From: Utricularia gibba
Lineage: Eukaryota > Plantae > Magnoliophyta
NCBI GenBank assembly: GCA_002189035.1
Contig: NEEC01000017.1
Location: forward strand, 2,576,392 to 2,640,391
DNA length: 64,000 nucleotides
Direction: 5' to 3'
Part shown: in pieces, positions 26,540 through 36,690 of the stretch
How the letters are laid out: each line of letters begins with the position of its first letter
How positions within the stretch are numbered: position 1 is the first letter of the stretch
Made by a program: the position numbers and the translations under genes
The notes under the pieces: model-generated
Seen by the model: only the letters and a program-made list of their open reading frames with translations
Databases searched by the model: none
What the model was told of the DNA's origin: nothing

Positions 26540-26916
26540 GTGAGGAGGGACAAGCACTCGGTTTCTGCAATTATGTGCATAAAAATGGCAAACTCAAGCC
26601 CTCTTGTTCCAGGTTCATGAGCTGATCTTGGTAGCAGCATATGCACGCACAAATCTGGCCGTACCAATCCCCTCAATCTGCATTGCATTCCCTTCCTACC
26701 GCCCAGCAACTTGTAGCTCATTGAGTCTCATCCAGTGCCGCACAACAAGGCCGAGGGATTAAAAAACTAGCCATCACAACCAGCAACATGTATGCATCCA
26801 TATTTCACACACAGCATCTCCACTTAAATGCCTTCATGTAGCAGATTCTTCTTCAATGGGGCTGGGAGTATATTCTTAGTCGATCTCCATGCAAAGATCA
26901 GAATCTTGGGGGCTAC
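26540..26916 (-). mobile_element. Decayed non-LTR retroelement (LINE) fragment, zf-RVT-like
   Basis: Minus-strand VAPKILIFAWRSTKNILP, then after a frameshift KKNLLHEGI*VEMLCVKYG, resembling the plant L1 zf-RVT pattern (PK.K.F.WR...NILP...NL..RGI....C..C). Boundaries are approximate. Confidence 0.5.
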
Positions 26917-27175
26917 CAAAACGTAAGTTTAAGAGAGAGCCTGCCTGCCTGCCCTCCCTCCTATTTCGTGTTTGAGTTTGCAGAATAATACCAAATCACA
27001 AAATTTCACTACTTATCATCAAGGGTTGCTTGCTTTAACATCACTTCCACTCGAGGCACAAACCCACGACCGGATCAACGGTTTATTCCACTCCTTGGCA
27101 GCCGTGGCTCCGACCAAGTATTAATTAATAGACTTGCCATCTCCCATTCTCACCAAACCCCTGCCACAACACTAA

Positions 27176-27499
27176 GGGGCTGTTTGGTAGGGGTGGTTAG
27201 ACTAGTTTTATCAGGTTTGGTTTAATATTACCCTTGTTTGATAGAAGTGATTAGTTTAACACCAGGTTTAAATTAAACATCAATTATCCTGGTTTTATGG
27301 GTTTAAATTCAACCCACCCCCCTCATGGGTTTAAAATAAACAGGATGTTTATTACTAAATAATTCACATTATGAAATCAGATTTTAAATAAACACTACTA
27401 TCAAACTTGTTTCAATTTAAATAGGGATAATTTTAAACACAGTTCTAAACCTTAATAATTCTAAACTCTATTATTTTAAATCTGCTACGAGACATGCCC
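27176..27499. mobile_element. Tourist-like (PIF/Harbinger) MITE, 324 bp
   Basis: TAA target-site duplication at 27173-27175 and 27500-27502; imperfect terminal inverted repeats GGGGCTGTTTGGTAG / CTACGAGACATGCCC (11 of 15 match); AT-rich non-coding interior. Confidence 0.75.
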
Positions 27500-28520
27500 T
27501 AAGTCGATAAGATGCTTCCCCAAATAAACAAAGGTCGATGACCAAGATTTGCCTCGCCTCCCAAAAGACAATAATAACATTTTGCCTTCATCAATTGATT
27601 AACAAACGCATTTGGTTTTTTAATAAACCTCCGGCCACGTTTTGCTGGTAAAGTGAGGTTAAAGTGTGTTGGATTTCAAAATCCAACAACTACTTGACTA
27701 GCAGGAACACAAATGTCCATCTATGATATCCAACAGAGTTTTCCACCAAACCTTTGCTAGTAAGCTCTCGACTTCGTTAATCAACGTGACTGGCAAAAGA
27801 AACACAAGACATCCCGACACCCGAGGCCGAGGGGGGAGAGGCGGTTTCTACTTTGGATTGTAAGAAGGGAATGGAAGAAAAAGAATCATGTATGAGAGTG
27901 GTGGTGGCAGCAGAGCAGCAGCAGGCTTTTATGAAGCATGAATGATAACAAAAAGAGAGGGTTGTTGGGAAATAGTTGTTTCCGCTCCAGAGAGACAACA
28001 CCAACAAAGTCAGTCGATGTATACATATTGGGTGTTTAAAAAAGAGAGCAGAGCGCGGAAAATCAAAACCAAGTCGCCCAACAATCACTACAAGACAGCA
28101 GCAGCTGGCAGGCAAGGGCCCGGAAGTTGTCGACCAAACAGAAAGCTAGGAACGGGAAATGATGGAGACATAGCCAGCCAGGGGAGGCATTTGGACATTT
28201 ACATTCTCAACTGTGACTTGTTCAGCCAATTTCCAATCTTCTTTTCCTTTCTTTCCTTCTGAGGCCGGCGAGCTCTGATCTTTTAACAGTTTATGCAAGT
28301 AAGTGGAGCCCCGGGCATGCCGTGGGATCCTGATTTAAACAGAATAAAAATAACTTGTCAAATGGGTGTGCCATTATTAGTTTTGAACCTGCTCGGTCCG
28401 TTCACACTCCATTTTCTTCATCCCCATACGCACTTCGCCGTGTCGACTTCTGATAATCCCATTTGACTCTCAACTCAAGGGCCTGTCTCCCAGTCCCAGC
28501 AGAGAAGATCTGTAGTGGCC

Positions 28521-29381
28521 ATGGCCTTACCCGCAGGCACAACAATCGCACCCAGGAGAGTTTCGGTTTTGTATTATTTATGCAGAAATGGGCAGCTTGA
28601 GCATCCTCACTTGATGGAGGTTACGCTTTCCTCCCCCATGGACTCTTCCTGAGAGGTAGGTATTTCCCATCTAGTAGTCACTAAAAGACGCTGGCGTTTG
28701 TGTTGTGACCTGCTGCTTCCTTCGCAGATGTAATCGACCGCCTGAATGTTCTTCGAGGAAACGGCATGACGGCCTCGTATTCCTGGTCCTGTAAACGGTA
28801 GCAGCCTACTTTCACACCAGAAACTAAATTTTTGAATAAATTTATGGTTTTTGACGGGGAATTGAATACCATGCCACAGGGGCTACAAGAATGGATTCGT
28901 GTGGAACGATTTGTCAGAGGACGATCTCATATTTCCGGTGCACGGCCACCACGAGTACGTGCTGAAGGGCTCCGAGATCATTCCCCCCCCGGGCTGCTGT
29001 CCATCCCGACACCTCGAGTCGCCGCCGCAACCTCTCCTGCGGTGGCTCCATCGACTTCAGCCCCAATCCCAATCCGAAGAGGGGGAGGAGGCCGACCAGC
29101 ACGAGCAGAGAAAGGAGGAAGAGCAAGTAGAAGTAGAATTATCCGAGATAGTTATAACCCCGTCGGAGTCCAACTCCAGCTCTGGGACGGTTGTTGAAGA
29201 ACCCCCCATCTTGTTGGTGAATCAGAAACCCCATCAGAAACAGAAACTGCCCGTGGACAAGGAGAAAGCCGGGAAATTCCTCCAGCTGATCTGCGGCCCC
29301 CGGGCAACAGAAGAAGCCTCGGCCTGGGACTCGGAAACCTCATCAAATGGGAATCGCGCCGAGTCAAAGTACCCATGTTGA
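28521..29381 (+). CDS. SOSEKI/UPSTREAM OF FLC family protein (DUF966, DIX-like domain), 3 exons; one apparent 1-nt deletion
   Basis: [21 protein letters not shown]...GLFLR / [24 protein letters not shown] / [19 protein letters not shown]...EYVLKGSE, later QLICG motif. Confidence 0.87.
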
Positions 29382-29580
29382 AGAGGTCAATCACCTGTCA
29401 TTGCGGCGGGGACGGCCATCGCAGGCACACCTCTTCCACGTTACCAATAGAGCCCAACAATTGAGTTGTTGGGCTGAGGCCCGCCCGAGTGCAGTGGAGA
29501 TCACCATCCGATCTTTGTTGGCGCATATATTTCTTTAGGAGGTCCGGTGGATTGCTTTGTTAGGACTTGAATCCAGTATG

Positions 29581-29610
29581 TGACCTGACCTGACCTGACC
29601 AGACCAGACC
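29581..29610. repeat. Pentanucleotide microsatellite (TGACC)4(AGACC)2
   Basis: Read directly from the sequence. Confidence 0.9.
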
Positions 29611-30112
29611 AGGCTAGGCATGAATTTTCCTTAGGTCCGGTGGATCACCACCTAGGATTGCTTTGATGTTACGAGGAGTGATCCAATGGATTATGGAAAC
29701 CATGACCAATACCATGAATTAATATGGAAAATTAGTTTTACCAGATGAATTATCAATACCCGGGGCAAAATGCTTCTATGTTTGGGCAGTTGCATGTGAA
29801 GGATCCAGTGAAGATGTGACGCGTCCACCTTTCCTCTCGGCACAGATACACATCAATCCCAGCCAAGTTTCTCCTTCCACCATCGAACCCCCAACCCTGG
29901 TTTCTCTGCAGAATATGTCATATATCATCCTTCTCTTTTCTTTCTGATTCTTCCTAGTTTTCTCTTTCATTCCCATTTTAGAGCGCGGGGAACACAACCA
30001 TGCTCCTTCTTCTGTAGGTGGGTATTGCAGATTCTCAGATTCAATTTCGGCCATCTTCTGTTTGTAGCAGCAATACAGTGGAATTTCCTGATCTGTGTGG
30101 TGTTTGTTGAAG

Positions 30113-30711
30113 ATGGGATCTTTTAGCAGATTGGGCATTGGCCTTAGTTTCTTGTTTGGATGCATCCTAATCGGACTTGTGGGTGAACTCTACTATCTAC
30201 ACTGGAAGAAGAGGATTTCCAAATCCAGCAAGCAAGTACAGCTGGTGTTTTCGTTTCCAAAAATGCAGTCTTGTTCACAATCCACATCAACCAACACTCA
30301 GCAGCAACAACCGGACCTGGAAATGGGATCATCGCGCAACAAAGTGGAGGAGGATTTGATCAAATTAGAGAATTTCATGGGTTCCCATCTGTTCACAATA
30401 GTTGAAGAAACGGCGGAGGATTTGGAATCGTCGTCAAGAAAAGAGTCGAGAGCGAGAAGCCTGAGCGACGTCAGCACCTTCCTGACTCCCTTATCCTCAC
30501 CAGCGCTAAATACCTCCTCCACATTCTCCATGGATGCCTACAATCACCACAAATTCAATCCCCTGTTTGAAGTTAGGGGGAGGTGAGTCGGGTGAGGGCT
30601 TCACCGCCTCCAACTTTTCAGTTCTTGAAGGACGCGGAGGACAAGTTTCTGAGAAAGCTTTTAGCACAAGAGTCTGAGATGCGGGAGGGGTTAAAGAAGG
30701 AAGGACCATGA
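30113..30711 (+). CDS. Conserved plant single-pass membrane protein of unknown function; one apparent 1-nt deletion
   Basis: MGSFSRLGIGLSFLFGCILIGLVGELYYL...LFTIVEETAEDLES...SRARSLSD...FLTPLSSP...FNPLFE, continuing in another frame as SPPPTFQFLKDAEDKFLRKLL, which matches the family pattern SPPP.FKFLRDAEEKL as I recall it. Confidence 0.8.
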
Positions 30712-32177
30712 ATAACAAGCGCACCGCACCACCTCTGCCATTCCTCCAAGAAAGCCGCTAGTTGCTTTGCTTTTGGACATGGGAGGAGATTACAGAAGAG
30801 TAGTAATTTTGCAAGGTGGTCGCTTCGGTCAGGACTCAGGAGAGTGCAAAAGTCCATTTATTTGTTGTTGATAAGGGTGGATTTCCGGGAAGGAATGACT
30901 ACTTTTTGGATGCTTTTCGGGTCCCATCCCATCCCATCCCATGGTAATTAATTTTGGCGAGGGGCCGGCTCCCCCGGACTTAATTGGGAGTTGGGGGGGA
31001 CAGTGAACATGCCTGCCAGAGCCAATTCGCAAGCTTAACTCACCATTTCTCAAATGAGAATAAACCAGAAAGGTCAAACATCCAGTCCCGACTCCCGAGT
31101 GCTTTTTTTCTTAGCGATTAATAATGCTGCTGCCCAATTGGCCATATTATTATTAATACTACTACGTTTTTTTAAAAATAAAAAAAAATCATCGCATAAG
31201 TGAGCCTCAAAGCCCGTTGAAAATTTGCTCAACATCCTTTATTTTACCACGTGGGAGGGTGTCATTGGCTCTGATTGACCAGCAGTAGCAAATGTAACAA
31301 CAGCTACTGAATTTAAGAGACGATCGCCCTACTTCATGACCGTTCCTTGCAAGTTTAGGCTCTCCTGGTCATGCTGGAGCATACCAGGTTTTCCTTAATG
31401 AAGCCTGTAGTCTTTTCTTTTTTAAAGCTTAAGATATCTCTAAAGGTCGATCTGGTTACCATGGCCTTGACCCATCATTCATTTCCATGTTAAGAGTAAG
31501 TCATGTCCTCATGTTTTATTTACGTGTCTTATTAAGTTTGTCAGGTCATGCCTGCTGTTGCTTGGCTGATGAAGGAAGGAAGAGGCCGTTTTGATGACCC
31601 TAACGAATCCTCAGTTCGAGGCACGTAGATCCCAGGGGTTCGATATGCAATTTCTGGTGTTTTTCCTGCTCAGGTTGGTGGAGGTCAAATGGTGAGGAAT
31701 CCAACAGTCCATCAGGGAGTAATGGTTCTTAGTTTTTGGTAATATCACTACTGTAGGCGTATTGCAATTGCTGTTTCATTTCATTCACTCTGTCCTCCTC
31801 ATGGTCATTCGGTAACCGCCATGTAGCGTGGATAGCGTCACCCTTGAACCCTGGACAGAGTTTCTCGCGTACTTTTCCCGTAGGTGTACAGATTCCTCCT
31901 CCTCAATAGCTGATAAGGCAGCAGCAAATATCGCCAAATTGACATCTAAAACAACAGTGCTACAATACAATCATCGCGAGAAAGCAAACGCTTCCTTCTT
32001 TTTGTTCTTGACATCCAAATTAGTTCACTCTCAACAGCCAAGTCAGTAACAACTGAAGCACGTGAAATAAGTTAACGCAACCTCAGATGGTCGCTACATG
32101 AATCAATCATCTTGGCTTCTATGGAGTCGGGGATGATGGAGGTTTGAAATGTGAATTAGGACACGGGCCTCCCTCGA

Positions 32178-33396
32178 TCATTTACTTGTGTCGCCACTAT
32201 CTTCCGGCCCTTTCTTTTTCTTCCCCTTGTTTGGGTAAACACATACGGATGGAGGGAAGAGGGTCTCTTGAATCTCCTGAAACAAAATATATCAGAGCTC
32301 GTGCTGGTAGAATTGCTACAAAATGGGCATTCTTCTTAAGCAAGAATTTCAGCAGTAGGATACTGGCGAGGTTTCATCGCATCACAGCTTCAACATGCAC
32401 GCTATGGAATACACTTGCCGAAAAAGAGAAAGCAGCATTTGCATTGATCAAAGAAACTTACTGGGAAATTTTGATTTGAAAGAAGAAAACAGCAGATAAG
32501 GGTATGTGATGCGAGGTCAAAAAACTTACCGTCCATCCTTTCTGGCCCATAAAGCCTCCCCGAACAGCATAAGCTTCTTTAAAGAAGCCCATCTCCACCA
32601 GCAACTCCGCCGCTCTCAGAGAGTTGCCGTCGAAACTGCCTTGCGCATCAGCAACTCAAGCAATTAGCCATCCTCAAGAGGACTGATTATCCGTGCACGT
32701 GTTTCCGGCAACTAACATGTCTATATTTGCTGCATTTGCACTGAGAAAGGAAAAGTTGCATACTTACTTGTCTATGATACATAAAACAGTATCCGCCGGA
32801 TTTCCAAATTTCTCCAATACCCTCTTCACAAATCCATCTTCATCTCCTTGTTGAAACTCAATGTGCACCACGCTTTTGCTCAGTATCCGCAGATTGGGGG
32901 AACGGAGATACGCAACGCTCTTAGTTTCCCTTATGTCCAACAACTGAGCGGTTGGGTCATCTTGCAGCTTCTTGAATGCATTCAAAGCGGATATATACTT
33001 GTATTTCTGCAAATACTCCTCAGTCAAGGGGATCACAACAAGCCAGACAAAAGCTACCGTAGCAACGAAAAAAGGATATCTTGTGAAAAAATTGTCAATG
33101 GAAATGAGAAGAGACTCCAAGTTAATTTTGCTCCCCAGCTCCAAATCTTCGGATGCAAGACAAGAAAGTGGAAAAGCGAAGCAGAGAGGGCCTATACAAG
33201 CCATAGCCCCAAGCAACTGATGATTCTTGCTCAAGGAATTGGTTGTTGAACAAGTGTGCTCTAATTGGGGATCACCGGGAGTGGTTTGCAACAATGCTTT
33301 GGGAGGGAATTTTAGCCGGGGCCGTGAAAGGCTTACGCCTGTGGGAGGGGTATGAGACTGAGGGGAGACCAGAAACAGAGCCCGCGCCGCCTCCAT
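32178..33396 (-). CDS. STR4A: Rhodanese-like domain protein 4A-like, chloroplastic, 3 exons
   Basis: Transit peptide, RYPFFVA...TM, AQLLDIR...SPNL / FDGNSLRAAELL...EAYAVRGG...KGWT / EIQETLFPPSV...*; last exon 32178-32277. Confidence 0.85.
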
Positions 33397-33898
33397 CCAA
33401 TCCAACGGAAGGGGGAGGGAGGGGATGGCTTCACCAATGGATAGAAAATATGATACGATATATGCTATTGCTGGCGGCACATCCAACGGCCACAAGTCCC
33501 TTCCGCATTTCTGCCCGGAATGCTACCACCTTTAACAATAAAAAAAAAAAAGAAAAAAATGAGACGAAGACCCGTAAGTTAACCACTCGTCATCACGTAC
33601 CAGTTACAAGATTTCTCTCCCTTTTTCTTCATTTTTATTTTTTTATTAAAATGTGGTAATAAATCCTAGTCTGATTGGCTTTTCTATAGAAGATGAGCCA
33701 TTTGTTCCTTCACCCACGGTAATTGGCAGGGGGAGAAGGAAGGAGCATGCTAGTCTTTAGGCAATCTCAACGAAACATAATTATCGTAATCTGGCTACAT
33801 AAATTATTATTCAGGTTGGAACTTATGAATGCCAATGAACTCCCAAAACTTTTGAGTCGGACTGAAGCGTCCAAAGGCCTTGAGATGTCTGCTATAAG

Positions 33899-35121
33899 CT
33901 ATTTTAGAGGCCTCATGCCCTGACAAGTCAAAAACATGCAACACTTTCCGTGAATTGCAAAAAGTTCCAACATAAAATCTGATGAAAATCCCAGAGAGAA
34001 GGTCTGAATCCATGATCACATACCTTGGCGGCCCTAAGCTCGTTCACTGCCATGCGAAGAGAGTCATCCGAGAGTATCAATTTTGCCAAAGCACCAGTGC
34101 TCACCCTAAAAATCCTCATCCAAAGACTATCTGTCAATGCCTTGACCGCCATTCACTCTAACCAACTGCGCAAATTACAATTTTATGGACTATTATACAC
34201 CTACCCCAGTTTTTTAGCAGCATCTGAAACAGAACCCTCAACAGCAAAAACCAAGTCCAGCAACGCCTGCATTCCCTGAAACAATGATGGGGTGGGCCAA
34301 GCAAAACATATAAGAATGAAGCCTACAAGGTTTCCCTTACAAAAACTATATGAAAACGTACTATAACAAATTTAGCATTATTTGGTCCAATTTGCGGCCC
34401 TTTATTCGATCCCCTTACAGTTGACTTTGGAGGAAGAATTTGAAGAAGCTCGGGGGGAGGTGTGTATGTCTCAAGATCAACCACGTTCCTGACTAGGTTG
34501 GAACCAAATTTGCAGAAAGTCAAAATGATCATGTAGGTCTATGAGCAAAGCACCAAAACACCAGATCGATGAAGACCTTTGAGAGCTATCAGAGCACGGA
34601 GTCGATAAAGAGCTGCTGCACGATTTTTGTGCTGTGATCTATCTTCAGTTGCCTGCCTGGTTGAAATACATCAATACATCTACTTGTGCAATATGATAAA
34701 TGTTGATAAGCTTTGGAAAAACCTGAGCAACGATTCCGGTAGGGAGATGTTTAAGGCGCACAGCAGACTCGCGCTTGTTTCGATGCTGCCCTCCAGGCCC
34801 AGATGCCTTATAAGTATCCATCTCGCACTGGCTCATTAGCTTCTCATCAGGCATCATCAGGTATTCCCGACCACCATAAGCCTCAGAAGAGCCAGTACTA
34901 CCAGATAATAAACGTACATGGTTACTCTCATCAAAAGGTACGGTAACTCCATTGACCCACTGACCCCAATTTCTTCCTCTCGTAACAATGCTGACAACAT
35001 TCACATAATTGTGACTGTTGCTTTGAAAATAATACCACGAGATAGGATGTGTGACCTTCTTACAACGGGGAACACAAAATCTAGGGAGTCTTGTATAAGA
35101 TCTGAGAATACAGTTAGCCAT
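33899..35121 (-). CDS. Class I peptide chain release factor domain protein (organellar, GGQ motif)
   Basis: ...[38 protein letters not shown] / [15 protein letters not shown] / [14 protein letters not shown]...IGPNN / [21 protein letters not shown] / GMRPLK*. Confidence 0.88.
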
Positions 35122-36601
35122 GGAGGTTCGACTAATCTGCAAATCTGTGATATGGTGACTTTAGAGACCAGAATTCGGCATAGGCATAAAAAAGGTAACC
35201 AGCAACTGTAATATATCAGATCACATGAACAAAAAACATATTCAAGTCTTCAAGAATAAATTGGATTGACAGAGGAGCAAACAAAAAAAAAAAGCAGGAA
35301 TCCATAGGTTACACATTCCTTTACGAGTAGTACCAGGAAAACATGCAAAACATATAAATGCAGATTTGAATACAAACCCAGATCTGCGTTAATTTCATTT
35401 GAAACCTCATAGATTTTTTTTTTTTAAAAACAAGTAGCCACGTTATGTCGCTAGGACTGTGCCTTGGTCATCTGTTCGATACTCGTGCATATAATACACA
35501 TACTAGTTCATTGCAGTATAGCAATTTCATAGGATCAATCGGTAAAGCTTTTAAAAACAACATTCAAAATTTGTTAGATGGTGGCGAGTCAGAAAATTAA
35601 CCAACACAACAAAATACTTGAAACAATTACATATCTTGGGTTGTAACCATTGCAATTCAAAATTGAGAAATCCTTTGCGTGATTCTCAGTTTGAAAGACA
35701 GCACACAAAAATAATAAAAAAAGACGTTAGAATCACTTCAAAGAGACATTTAAGCAGATGGGAAAAACTTCGTTTCAGTAACAATAAGTTGGGTTGGTTT
35801 GGGCTCACGGTGGTAGATCCAAGTTCATCATGTTGCAGTGTTATCATAGATGGGACCGCTATCTTTTTTTTCAACACCTAATTAATCGTGCTCGCCGGAA
35901 AACCATAGACATGCTCAAAGCAGAGTGGTTCTTTGCAACTTGCCACATACTTTTTTTCCAGGACTGAGAAGAGGATGAATTGAGTAGTTGGTCGCACTGA
36001 ATGATGAGGATCCGCCGTTGGCACCTAGTTGCAATTAGTAAGAGACCCATGCTATCAAGGCACAAGTGTCGATAAAGGATGAATGTTGAATGAAAAGCAT
36101 CCGAAGCAAAATCCAACCAGAGTAATTGTCCTTGACGGGCTAGAACGGTTATTCCCGTTGCTGATTCGTTCTCGGCTTCTCGCTGCTCGCGCTGGCCTCA
36201 GCTAGGTTTCAGAGAAATGAAACTTGGGGCAGTGGCCCACTGGCTTTATTCCGTTGGGCCGAAGAAGAAAGGCTTGCTGCACAGCACAATCTAGTATGAA
36301 GTATGGAATTGAGTTTCCCCCAGTAAATTAGGGCACTCTAATCTCCAAAATTACACGCTGGCTCTTGCAGAATCAGTGTACAATTTGATGAACAAAATGT
36401 GATTCTTGGAGCACTTAAAACCATTAAAAATTAGCCCACCCACAGCATGTTGCTTCAATTTTAGTATCCAAACCGTGGGGCTACAAGTAAATGGAAATGG
36501 GTAAACCGTCTATCTTGACTTGCGCTTCTCTAGCATTAAAGACGAGATCACGCTTCGTTGAGTTGTGACTTTAAATGATTGCAGGATTTGAAACTCTTTA
36601 C

Positions 36602-36619
36602 AGAGAGAGAGAGAGAGAG
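36602..36619. repeat. (AG)9 microsatellite upstream of the purple acid phosphatase
   Basis: Read directly from the sequence. Confidence 0.9.
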
Positions 36620-36690
36620 GATCGAGATTCTAAAAGGTTGGGCATCTCTGTGTTTGTGTGTGTGATCCAGTCCAATCTAGTTAACAGAAA

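Noticed and set aside
31330-31735. Chain of GT-AG-like segments giving short peptides on +
   Set aside because: Candidate exons give inconsistent phases and no recognisable product.
31785-31970. ORF as last exon of the rhodanese gene
   Set aside because: The exon at 32178-32277 (EIQETLFPPSV) fits the family and the splice phase better.
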